From NCBI GenBank assembly GCA_001770205.1, contig MEQL01000025.1:62001-120452 (forward strand): DNA of 58,452 nt, read 5' to 3'. The notes under the pieces are model-generated. The model did not search any database. It saw only the letters and a program-made list of their open reading frames with translations, and was not told where the DNA came from. Position numbers and translations under genes: made by a program. This stretch comes from Bdellovibrionales bacterium RIFOXYD12_FULL_39_22 (GTDB lineage: Bacteria; Bdellovibrionota; Bacteriovoracia; Bacteriovoracales; Bacteriovoracaceae). This document shows positions 46,746 through 56,025 of this stretch, one piece after another. Each line of letters opens with the position of its first letter. The stretch's first letter is position 1.

Positions 46746-49019
46746 ATGCTAATAGTGCTTTTGGCCTACAACGCTTACGCTGATAGTTGTAAAAATGATT
46801 GGCAGAAACTATTTGTCAAATTTAATAAAAACAATTTGCGCTGCACCCAAGACAGAGAGAATCTTCAACAAGATTATGCAACGTATGAATCAGTATCAAA
46901 TAATTTTTCCTCTCTTCTAACAAGATGTTCATCCTTTTTATTAAATGATCTATCCGATAACAATCAAACAAATGCGCTCTGGCATTTTCTTCACAACCAA
47001 AATCATCCGGATCATTCGGCCACTACCGAAACGTTAGAAAAAAACATTAGATCTCTTCTACAACTGATATCCATTGGCACAATATATTCAAACAATGAAA
47101 TACTCTTCAGTCCACTAGATATCGAAAGCGTTAACGAAAAAAACAATGATGCTGTCATTGATTTGATGAAGCTAGACGCCGTCTTGGCCCCTTTTAACTC
47201 TGGGCCAATAGTTCCTCTGCTGCGCCAAAAACTGGCCATTTATATTGCCATCAAATATGCAGATCATCCTAAAATGCAGAAAGATTCTCATGATATAATC
47301 GCCACCATTTTAGAAGGAAATCAATCCGAACTCTACTCTTCTATTTTGGCCTACCTAGATTATCCTTCTAATGAAGAACAAAACCTTCTGGCCAAATATG
47401 GAACAAGTAACCTCGCCTTTTATGACTTGGCCATCAGTGAATCGGACTACGAAACGGAAAATCTTTTTTGTTCGTCAAAACTCAAAAGTGAACTGACAAT
47501 GCAAGAACTCTATCGGATATGCAAAGATCGCCATAATCCGTTAGGTGAGACGACTCTATTTAATCGAGGCATATTAGAATGTCTGACAAAAAAAAATGAA
47601 CGCTATTTCCAAGGATTACCTTTTAATGCAGAATCACTAGAAGAAATATTTGCCATACCAGCGCTTAAAAACAACTCCATCCAAAAATTAGCAGGTAGTA
47701 ATTACCAAGACCAATTAGTCGGCAATCAACATGACTTTATTCGGACAAAACTTAAGGACTTTTTGCGCAAACATGAAGTTCCTATAAGTAATTACGAAGA
47801 CAACAATCAGAATAGTTCTTTGGCCGCTCAAACTCTGATCACTCAGCTGCCTAACTCTAACGGAAACTACAACATTCTTATTGCCAATAGTGATCTAGAT
47901 TTCGTTTCTGCCAATTACGCCTTAAAAAAAGATGGCAGCAATTCCTGGCATCTTGGGCCTGTTCTAGACGATACCTCTTGGTCTTCACATCGTAATGGCA
48001 ATGGACTCTATCATCCATTGTCTGTTTCAATTGATAGTTCAAGCATTTTAAAAATTCTCTTCCGTATTCCCAACAAAGATCTAATAAAAGAGGAAGAAAA
48101 AAACTTTATATTAGTTTTTAAAAATATAAAAAATGGCCAACATGAACTTCTGCGACTTCATTTCCCTTTAGAAGTTAAAAATCAAAATAGCGTTAACAAC
48201 TTTTCATCGGCCTTACTCCCTGCAACGGCCCCGCCATACAACTTTTTTTTGCTTGACGGGATTATCAAAGGGGCCCTAGTCGGAGGCCATAAGTTAGGAG
48301 AAAGCGACGAACGTGACTGCAACTACTACGTGGAGGCATTGGCCGAGCTTGGTTATACTCCAATCTCTATAAAAAATGATATTGGAGTTGAAGAAAAATT
48401 AATGAATCTGATAGAAAAAAAAGATATAGATTTTTTAATCAAATCAGCACATGGTAACGGCAGTGATTTTGAGGATGGATTATATCAAAGCTGTCCTCTC
48501 GTTCATTACTACACATTTACAAAAGAAAACAACAAAGAAATGCATGTCCTCTGTCAACCGGTCAAATGTTCAGAAAAACCGATCTATCTATCTTACAAAA
48601 AATTTTTTGAGGCCCTTGCCAAAAGAACACACCCTCTCTTTTATGGTAATATCGCTTGTTCCTCGGAGGCAAAATCGGCCTTTGAAATGGCCAGTATCTC
48701 TGACTTAAATAAACTTCAGGAGATTTCCACATATAAAACAGTAACTTTCTCTGGCACTTATTTTGATGTTTCAGATTTTGATACCTATCTTGATATGGCA
48801 CTTTTGCGCATGATTGATAATCAATGGAATTACGCTAAATTCCGGACTCATGCCGCCCAGATAAATCCCGACACTCAAAAACCATATTTTACAAACTATG
48901 TAGTTAATCTTCCAGATGATCCTCAGGCCATAGAACGCCTACGTATCCATATTCAAGGCCAATTGGCCGATGGAAAGATTTTACGTCAACCGAAAATATT
49001 TGATATCCCTTCTCGTTAG
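46746..49019 (+). CDS. Large secreted protein with possible C-terminal caspase/gingipain-like His-Cys domain
   Basis: 'AYA' signal cleavage site; 'DFLIKSAHGNG' and 'LFYGNIACSS'. Confidence 0.5.
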   Translation: MLIVLLAYNAYADSCKNDWQKLFVKFNKNNLRCTQDRENLQQDYATYESVSNNFSSLLTRCSSFLLNDLSDNNQTNALWHFLHNQNHPDHSATTETLEKNIRSLLQLISIGTIYSNNEILFSPLDIESVNEKNNDAVIDLMKLDAVLAPFNSGPIVPLLRQKLAIYIAIKYADHPKMQKDSHDIIATILEGNQSELYSSILAYLDYPSNEEQNLLAKYGTSNLAFYDLAISESDYETENLFCSSKLKSELTMQELYRICKDRHNPLGETTLFNRGILECLTKKNERYFQGLPFNAESLEEIFAIPALKNNSIQKLAGSNYQDQLVGNQHDFIRTKLKDFLRKHEVPISNYEDNNQNSSLAAQTLITQLPNSNGNYNILIANSDLDFVSANYALKKDGSNSWHLGPVLDDTSWSSHRNGNGLYHPLSVSIDSSSILKILFRIPNKDLIKEEEKNFILVFKNIKNGQHELLRLHFPLEVKNQNSVNNFSSALLPATAPPYNFFLLDGIIKGALVGGHKLGESDERDCNYYVEALAELGYTPISIKNDIGVEEKLMNLIEKKDIDFLIKSAHGNGSDFEDGLYQSCPLVHYYTFTKENNKEMHVLCQPVKCSEKPIYLSYKKFFEALAKRTHPLFYGNIACSSEAKSAFEMASISDLNKLQEISTYKTVTFSGTYFDVSDFDTYLDMALLRMIDNQWNYAKFRTHAAQINPDTQKPYFTNYVVNLPDDPQAIERLRIHIQGQLADGKILRQPKIFDIPSR

Positions 49020-49151
49020 TATTTAGCAATGGCGTAATTTATAACTGACTCCATGAAAAATTTACCGACTAATATAATGCACATATCTTTTTATTTCAAA
49101 GCGCATTATATTCATGCCAGTTTTAAATACTCAAAAATCAGGAATTTTTTT

Positions 49152-49727
49152 ATGAAACATCTAATGCAATTATTTTTAGCACTTTCAGCTTTTCTAATTT
49201 CTACGCAAATCTCTATTGCCGCCAACCTACAAGTAGTAAAAACTTTAGACGGAAGGGCCGTTTACTGCCAAGATGATCGAGATGAACAAATGATGAAAGG
49301 TAATAAGGCCGTCTCCGTTAACGTTGCCTCTTTTCAAAATTTAACGCAAGATTTGGCAGACATCGAACTACAAATACGCTTTGTTAAATGTAGTGATGCC
49401 AGCTGGCATTTAGACAGTAATCCTACTTCTGAAACATACACCACTATCTCTTTAGATGATGGAAATGAAGTGGAAGTAACAACCACCTATGAGCAATTTA
49501 AATTAATTATCACTGATGATGAAAACCAAGTACTAATTCAAAAGGCCCTAACTGGCGCAGAATCTTCCGGCCAAGAATTGATTAACTTTCAAGTTCCACA
49601 ATCTATTTTGGCCCTTGGCGTAAACGTAACTATCTTGGCCGTAACTGAATTTTTTAGCAGCGATAGAACTCCATCCGAAGGGAAACACTTGGTAAACTTT
49701 GGATCTTTCCGATTACACAGCAAATAG
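49152..49727 (+). CDS. Secreted beta-rich hypothetical protein
   Basis: AGGA RBS before ATG 49152; signal peptide ending 'SIA'; C-terminal 'FGSFRL'. Confidence 0.65.
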   Translation: MKHLMQLFLALSAFLISTQISIAANLQVVKTLDGRAVYCQDDRDEQMMKGNKAVSVNVASFQNLTQDLADIELQIRFVKCSDASWHLDSNPTSETYTTISLDDGNEVEVTTTYEQFKLIITDDENQVLIQKALTGAESSGQELINFQVPQSILALGVNVTILAVTEFFSSDRTPSEGKHLVNFGSFRLHSK

Positions 49728-51695
49728 TATTGCTACTTTAAAAACGAAGTGGCCCACCATAGGTGCTATTAGGCTTTTACTCTTTTGATACACATACCCA
49801 AGAAGAAAACCCAAAAATAGTATTGGTATGAATTGAATAAATGAAAATCCCAAAATAGCGAAGAAAAATGAACTTAAAGCAAGAGATATGCGCTCTCCAT
49901 ACTGTTTGCTCAATCCGGCCAAAATAATTCCGCGAAACGCGATTTCATAAACAACAACGTGGCAAATTGTGGCCAAAATAGTTATCCAACCCATCTGTTG
50001 GCCTATAGAAGGAAATCCCATTTTCTTTTCTAATGCATGTGCCCAAGTCGCGTAAAAATAAAAGAGAGCTGCTACCGCTAGAAAATTACGCAGGTCCTTC
50101 CATCCAATCGAAAAAAGATCGTCTATGTTTAAATTATACTTTCTACTCATCAAATAGATAATTATGGCCATTCCTATTATCGTCACCCAAAAACTATTAA
50201 CGTTATAAAAATAAAATTTAGAAAAAAAGCTAAAAATAAATAGCACCAAAAAAAACAAAATCGCCACTCCGGCAGTTGGGCCCTGCCCATTTTGCGACAT
50301 AACATTCATCGCATTTGCAAAAATGTCCTCTGACTTTTTGGCCTTAAACTCTTTCAATATAGATCCGCGCGTCAGACCTAAAATTATGCCTGCAGGAAGC
50401 CAATTGCTCATCACAACAAAAAATAGATGGTACCAAGCAATCTCTTGCACAAAAAGATATTTGGTCAACAAGATAGCATTAACATAAGGCACGACAAGCA
50501 CTATGCCCTGAAGTGAAATATTTGTAGATATGGCCAAAAGGCCAATCGGCAACAAAAACATAATTGAATAAGAAGCAATTATTTGCGCCTGATGAGCACT
50601 ACTGGCAAAGGACACTAAAAAAACAAGTGCGGCAGTAATCAACACTACTAGTGAAAAAATACAAAAAATCAGCAAAAAAACTTTTGCCATAGGTATCGCA
50701 AAAATAGAGCTACTACCCGATTCTATTTTGGAAAAATAGACAACTACAGTGAAAGAACTAATTCCATAGGCAAAAAAACTGGCCATGGCCTGAACAACCA
50801 CTGCAACAAATTTACCAACAGAAATATCTCCTTCACTGATGGCCGTTAAATAAAGCGAGTAAATCGTATTATGTTCACGTTCTCGAACAAAAGATAAAAT
50901 AAGTGGAGGTAAAATTGTTGTGATTAACATATATATCACCATAACAGAAACAATCTTGGCAACCTCCCAGCTACTTTTTTTATCTACTCCACTTAAATCA
51001 TATTCGCGAAAAACAAGATCACGCCAATCACGCGTTGAGATTTTTGCCTTCACCATTTTTTCTTCCATCTGAAGTTCTCTAAATTGTCGCAATTTATTTT
51101 TTAGCTTATCAACTTTGTTTAAACTCTCTTGATCAATTTCATCTAAATACAGTTCAAAGTGTAAAAGGGCACTCCCTTCACTTCCACGCATTACTAATAA
51201 ATTGCTGAATTGATTTTGCTTTAGTCCCATGCGTAATTGGTTTTTAACAAAATTTAATTCTTGCACAAGCAGATCTCTCAACATTGTGTTCTGTAAATAT
51301 GCACGAAGATCTGTACTACATTCTAAATCAGCTTGATTCCTATTCCGCTGAACAATTAATTCGCCATCTAATCTATTTAATTTTTCTATCTGTGCTGACA
51401 GTTCTTTATTAATAACTGGTACGACTTGATAGTTTTTCGATAACTCACTTATAAAATCGACACTCTCTGCTTGTCCGGCACCAGCTGTCAGAAGATATAT
51501 TTTTTCTACATCTACCGCCGATGGTATAAATGCCTTTTTAAATATGCTTGCTAAAAAAACTCGATCAGATAATAAGGCCAATATCACCGAAGCAAGAACA
51601 AAAGGTAAAATATAATTAGCAAAGATTAAATATTTATCACGGATCGCATATTTAATCTCTTTTTGAATAACTAAGTTGAGATGAGAAATATTCAT
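49713..51695 (-). CDS. NatB-like ABC-2 permease fused to a degenerate CPBP (CAAX/Abi) domain
   Basis: 'KEIKYAIRDK', 'REREHNTI..L', 'GKF'; C-terminal 'YEIAFRG...FFAILG...GHFVFK'. Confidence 0.8.
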   Translation of the reverse strand: MNISHLNLVIQKEIKYAIRDKYLIFANYILPFVLASVILALLSDRVFLASIFKKAFIPSAVDVEKIYLLTAGAGQAESVDFISELSKNYQVVPVINKELSAQIEKLNRLDGELIVQRNRNQADLECSTDLRAYLQNTMLRDLLVQELNFVKNQLRMGLKQNQFSNLLVMRGSEGSALLHFELYLDEIDQESLNKVDKLKNKLRQFRELQMEEKMVKAKISTRDWRDLVFREYDLSGVDKKSSWEVAKIVSVMVIYMLITTILPPLILSFVREREHNTIYSLYLTAISEGDISVGKFVAVVVQAMASFFAYGISSFTVVVYFSKIESGSSSIFAIPMAKVFLLIFCIFSLVVLITAALVFLVSFASSAHQAQIIASYSIMFLLPIGLLAISTNISLQGIVLVVPYVNAILLTKYLFVQEIAWYHLFFVVMSNWLPAGIILGLTRGSILKEFKAKKSEDIFANAMNVMSQNGQGPTAGVAILFFLVLFIFSFFSKFYFYNVNSFWVTIIGMAIIIYLMSRKYNLNIDDLFSIGWKDLRNFLAVAALFYFYATWAHALEKKMGFPSIGQQMGWITILATICHVVVYEIAFRGIILAGLSKQYGERISLALSSFFFAILGFSFIQFIPILFLGFLLGYVYQKSKSLIAPMVGHFVFKVAILFAV

Positions 51696-51700
51696 ATGAA

Positions 51701-52435
51701 CTATGCGGCCTCTCGATAATTTCTTACGAGATTAATAAATCCGGCGGTAAGATTGAGCGCATTCATTTCTTTTTTTAAGCTATCTGCACTATCAAACGCA
51801 ATTAAACTTCCCTTATCTAAAATGGCCAAGCGATCTCCACAATATTCTGCTTCACTAACAATATGAGTTGAAAAAATGATTGTCTTACCTCGTCCTCGCT
51901 CCCTGCGTAAAAGTTCCATAATGTAGTTACTACTAATAACATCTAGTTCTGCTGTTACTTCATCTAAAATTATTATCTCCGGATCATGAAGTAGTGTAGA
52001 AGCAATCAAAGATCGCTGTTTTTGGCCAGAAGACAGCTTGGAATAACTTCTGAATAAAAAGCTTTCCATTTCTAATTCATAGGCCATTTTCTCAATTTTT
52101 ATCTTTAGTATTGGCCGAGGGATATCACGCAACCGACCTAAAATTTCTAAATTTTCGTAAACTGAAAATCTATCATACAAAGACATACCTCTCGTTAAAA
52201 ATCCCATATTCCTTACAATCTGCAAACGGCCGGAGTTAAAATCTAATCCATTGATAACTATTTTACCCATCGTGGGAGCAACAATTCCTGAGAGCATCTT
52301 AAGCAAAGTCGTCTTGCCAGCTCCGTTACCACCCAATAAGGCCACAATCTCTCCAGATCTAACGCTAAGAGATAACTCATTAACCACAGCTCTCTCTTCA
52401 TAAATTTTACTAATACTGTGAATATCGATTGTCAT
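51701..52435 (-). CDS. NatA-like ABC transporter ATP-binding protein
   Basis: GGNGAGKTT, LSSGQKQR, IIILDE, STH. Confidence 0.9.
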   Translation of the reverse strand: MTIDIHSISKIYEERAVVNELSLSVRSGEIVALLGGNGAGKTTLLKMLSGIVAPTMGKIVINGLDFNSGRLQIVRNMGFLTRGMSLYDRFSVYENLEILGRLRDIPRPILKIKIEKMAYELEMESFLFRSYSKLSSGQKQRSLIASTLLHDPEIIILDEVTAELDVISSNYIMELLRRERGRGKTIIFSTHIVSEAEYCGDRLAILDKGSLIAFDSADSLKKEMNALNLTAGFINLVRNYREAA

Positions 52436-52453
52436 GGCCACCACCTATCCACT

Positions 52454-52480
52454 CTATCGGTGAAAGGAAGTAGTGATTTA
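52454..52480 (-). promoter_or_regulatory. Putative sigma28 promoter of the NatAB-like operon
   Basis: TAAA-N15-ACCGATAG. Confidence 0.55.
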
Positions 52481-52538
52481 ATAAGCAAATTAGTCGGATT
52501 TTATTAGGGAAATTTCCACCTGTTTTTTGGAATTTTAA

Positions 52539-52898
52539 CTATATCCTTGAATGAATTCCTTCAACTAATAAAGTTTTGGAGGAAACAAAAGGTACAAAGG
52601 AGAACAAGACATCCCACCATCTATTTTTAATGGTAACTTTTAGTGCAGACAGCTTATCACAATTAATTCCATCTTCTCGCAAAAATGATTTCAAACGCAC
52701 TTCCTGTGAAACAATATGGCCAATTGGCATCAAAATGGATCTCTCATATCTAAAGTAATTTTCATCTTTAGCATTGATCTGATCACTCCAATCTGCGGTA
52801 GTAGTACAGCCTCGCGGGGTTAAACGAATCCCAGAAGCACACGATGCAAAAAACAAAGAGAATAAAAACAGAAAATATATTAAAACTATCTTATGGAT
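52539..52898 (-). CDS. Small Bor/Iss-like lipoprotein (probable ATC start)
   Basis: Lipobox FASC; AAGGAG RBS 7 nt before in-frame ATC 52898 gives a complete signal peptide; the ORF track begins it at TTG 52856. Confidence 0.55.
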   Translation of the reverse strand: MHKIVLIYFLFLFSLFFASCASGIRLTPRGCTTTADWSDQINAKDENYFRYERSILMPIGHIVSQEVRLKSFLREDGINCDKLSALKVTIKNRWWDVLFSFVPFVSSKTLLVEGIHSRI

Positions 52899-53245
52899 AT
52901 CTTCTCTCCTTGCCCAATAATTTTATAGTTAACTGGAAAATACATTCCAAAAGAAATAAGAGTCAAAAACAAACTATACATTGTTTGATATTCTTCAATA
53001 ACCAGATGTGCTCCGGCCGTCATCGCATTTTCTCTTATCTCATGGTCAAGCCACACTGTCCGCTCTGCTGGCACAACTCCCCAAAGATAAAAGTTTGTAA
53101 CCCCTTCCACCACGAAATTATCCTTACAACAGGAACGTTTTGAAATTGCCACTGGAATTTCACTAGAAGATTTATAAACAACGGTGCTACACGAAGTTAA
53201 ATTAACTACCAAAATAATATATCCAAAGGCCAAGCACTTTCTCAT
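52886..53245 (-). CDS. Bor/Iss-family lipoprotein
   Basis: Lipobox LTSC; 'NFYLWGVVP', 'LTLISFGMYFP'. Confidence 0.7.
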   Translation of the reverse strand: MRKCLAFGYIILVVNLTSCSTVVYKSSSEIPVAISKRSCCKDNFVVEGVTNFYLWGVVPAERTVWLDHEIRENAMTAGAHLVIEEYQTMYSLFLTLISFGMYFPVNYKIIGQGEKISIR

Positions 53246-54291
53246 GAAAAAAATTCCAGACTAATTCCCGATCGCTGATGCATCTTTTCCATTATACTGG
53301 GGACTAGGCCACTTTCCACTAAAATACCATTCTCTTCTACCCCAATATCTTGTAAAAGTAGATTATCACCTTCCATCCCGGTTAATTCCGAAATAGAAGA
53401 GACTATTCGATGGCCATTACGGTCGCGGCCCAATTGAATAATAATATCTACTGCCGCAGCAATTTGTCTTTTTATCACCGCCGCGGCCATATCCATTCCG
53501 GCCAAGGAGTATAACGTTTCCATTCTTAACAAGGCCTCACTGGTAGAGTTAGCATGGATAGAACTCATACTCCCTTCATGTCCAGTATTCATTGCTTGCA
53601 ACAAATCAAAGATCTCTCCACCTCGCACTTCTCCAATAATTATTCTATCTGGCCGCATTCTCAGCGCATTTTTTATAAGATCCCTCATTTGTAGATGAAT
53701 TTGTTGCTTATCACTTCCTACAAAATTCCTACACTCTAGTCGCACACAATTTGGCACCGCAATAGATAATTCAATCGTATCTTCAATAGTAACAATTCGA
53801 TCAGTGATTGGAAGTTCATGCAACAACAAATTCATAAAAGTTGTCTTCCCCACCCCTGTTCCTCCGGCCACAATACAATTAATTCGAGATGAAACTAATG
53901 CTCGCAAAAACTCCACCCATTTACTATTGAGGCCAAACACATTATGGCCTTCTTCAAAGGAGGAAAAATGAGGAAGATATTTGCGAATCGTAATTGCGTC
54001 ATGGCCAACGACGTATGGCGGACGAATAATATTTATTCTACTACCATCTGGAAGTTTACCATCCATAATTGGAGAGATTTTATGATCATCTCGCCGATTA
54101 AAATCATAAACATCGTTAATAAAATCCTGAATATCAGCAAAGTGCAGATGAATATTTAGCTGAATAAATTGTCCAGCTCGTTCCACAAAAACCATATCAG
54201 GAGAATTAATAACTATTTCAGTTATTCCTTGCTTGCGTGACAGATCATTTAACATCTTCCAGACTGAGTTATTACTACTTTCATGATTCAT
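53242..54291 (-). CDS. cpaF: TadA/CpaF-family (T2SS/T4SS-like) secretion ATPase
   Basis: 'DGKLPDGSRIN', 'ITIRKY', Walker A GGTGVGKTT, 'TIEDTIEL', 'LRMRPDRIIIGEVRG', 'MNTGHEGS.SSIHANS'. Confidence 0.92.
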   Translation of the reverse strand: MNHESSNNSVWKMLNDLSRKQGITEIVINSPDMVFVERAGQFIQLNIHLHFADIQDFINDVYDFNRRDDHKISPIMDGKLPDGSRINIIRPPYVVGHDAITIRKYLPHFSSFEEGHNVFGLNSKWVEFLRALVSSRINCIVAGGTGVGKTTFMNLLLHELPITDRIVTIEDTIELSIAVPNCVRLECRNFVGSDKQQIHLQMRDLIKNALRMRPDRIIIGEVRGGEIFDLLQAMNTGHEGSMSSIHANSTSEALLRMETLYSLAGMDMAAAVIKRQIAAAVDIIIQLGRDRNGHRIVSSISELTGMEGDNLLLQDIGVEENGILVESGLVPSIMEKMHQRSGISLEFFS

Positions 54292-54305
54292 AAAAAAGCT
54301 CTGAG

Positions 54306-55004
54306 CTATTCGACCATATCATTAATAAAGTTATCTTCTTCATTGATTGAATATGCATAATTCAACATATTCTTCATATAAATGTTTTTCTGTCCAATAT
54401 TCAATTTTGCATAAATTTGAGCAAAGCTAAGCTTACCCTGCAAACTCTTCTTTAGTTCGGCCAGTCCTAAAAAAAAGTTGAAATGGGCCATGGCCAGTAG
54501 TATCCAATCAATTTTAATTATCTTACTGCTTGCCAACGGTAAAAGATCAATAACGTAATCTGGTATAGAAGCAATGCAATGTTCGCTATGCAAGTGGCCA
54601 TTATCAATCAACTCAATATCTACAAACTTCAAATAAATTGCTAACAACAATCCACGGGAATACCCTTCTACAGAATATTTTTTTAACTTCCCTTCGAAAA
54701 TCAAAAGATCTTTAATCAAAGAATAATCATCTATCTCGGAGAAAAAATTATTAATCTTGTAATATACATATGCCGCAGACATACGATTCCGGATCCCCGT
54801 CCAACCTAAATTTTTTATCAACACTTCTGCAGTAAGTGGGCCACTACCATTACTTTTAAAAACAAGATTAGAGACTGCCTGGAAGGATTCACTTTGTGCC
54901 CATTGAGTATTTATATTTTTTGAAACAAAGTCTGCAGAATTCATATTTACTTTTAATAGATGAGTAAAATAGTCCGGCATCTCTAGCGCTAAACACTCTA
55001 TCAT
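54306..55004 (-). CDS. Hypothetical protein, HDOD-like N-terminus
   Basis: AGGAG RBS before ATG 55004; 'IKNLGWTGIRN' resembles the HDOD 'AI..LG...VR' motif. Confidence 0.45.
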   Translation of the reverse strand: MIECLALEMPDYFTHLLKVNMNSADFVSKNINTQWAQSESFQAVSNLVFKSNGSGPLTAEVLIKNLGWTGIRNRMSAAYVYYKINNFFSEIDDYSLIKDLLIFEGKLKKYSVEGYSRGLLLAIYLKFVDIELIDNGHLHSEHCIASIPDYVIDLLPLASSKIIKIDWILLAMAHFNFFLGLAELKKSLQGKLSFAQIYAKLNIGQKNIYMKNMLNYAYSINEEDNFINDMVE

Positions 55005-55127
55005 TTTGTCTCCTATCCACTTATCTCTAAATTCTAGCACCTCATTTTTTTACATTCAACCTACATATTTGCATACGGCCACTTTTTATCTACCAAAGTA
55101 GTTAATCATTGATATAAAATAGAAGAA

Positions 55128-55619
55128 GTGAAAGCACCTATCATGCAAAAGATTGATTTAATCAAATGGCCAGAGCAAACATTGGCCTGCATCCTAAAGG
55201 AATATCCGCTGGGAGAAATTCCCCACTATTTAGATACCACTGACTTAATTCCGGAGAATTTTGAAATGTTTTTTCAACAACTCCTAGACGCCATCAACGA
55301 ATTAAAAATTGATACTAGACTATCATATCCCACCTACCTGATCAGAAAAGACTTTAAATCTGATGCTATTCCAGTGCTTAATAGTGTTGATGGCCTCCCT
55401 AGTTTTTTTATGAAGCGCGCGAGAACATTGAAAGGTGCTGAACTATCATTACTTGGAAAAATAAAAATATTATTTCTTAAGGCCAACGATCGAGATTTAA
55501 AAGAAAAAGTTAAAGCTATTGGAAACATAAAATCACATCATAAAAACTTATACTCTGTTTGCAAAAAAACTCTCTTTTACGATAAGCTTTATCAAAATCT
55601 AAAAAAATCGGGCAAATAA
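55128..55619 (+). CDS. Hypothetical protein
   Basis: 163-aa ORF, operonic with the next gene. Confidence 0.6.
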   Translation: MKAPIMQKIDLIKWPEQTLACILKEYPLGEIPHYLDTTDLIPENFEMFFQQLLDAINELKIDTRLSYPTYLIRKDFKSDAIPVLNSVDGLPSFFMKRARTLKGAELSLLGKIKILFLKANDRDLKEKVKAIGNIKSHHKNLYSVCKKTLFYDKLYQNLKKSGK

Positions 55620-55622
55620 TTT

Positions 55623-56021
55623 ATGGCCAAACTTAAAATACATTCTTCCAAACTTAAAGATGTTGTCACCGAAGAAGACCGCAAATTCATAGAAGAAGTT
55701 GCCGACGAATTTACTACTGAAGAAATTGAAAATGCCAGCGGAAAAAACCTAGTCTCCAAAGATAATCGTGGCGGTTTTGAAATCTACGGAATGCTGGAAA
55801 CAGAGGCAAATCGTTTGGCAAAGCTAATTTCTTTTTGCAGCTTTAAAATTGAAAATGTCACCAACAAAAAAATGCTAACAAATTTAACCAAAGAACAAGA
55901 AGGCGTTTTTAGTGATTTAGAAACCAGACTAATCAAAGGACACTCCAAAGACGACTCTACCTTCAATCGTAAAATGGGATATATTTGGGATCGTGGATTT
56001 TCTGGAAAAGACGGCAATTAA
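55623..56021 (+). CDS. Hypothetical protein
   Basis: 132-aa ORF 3 nt after the previous stop. Confidence 0.6.
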   Translation: MAKLKIHSSKLKDVVTEEDRKFIEEVADEFTTEEIENASGKNLVSKDNRGGFEIYGMLETEANRLAKLISFCSFKIENVTNKKMLTNLTKEQEGVFSDLETRLIKGHSKDDSTFNRKMGYIWDRGFSGKDGN

Positions 56022-56025
56022 AATA

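Noticed and set aside
49713..52435. CPBP-ABC exporter as immunity/processing for the RiPP
   Set aside because: About 13 kb away, with its own promoter type and degenerate protease motifs; no evidence of linkage.
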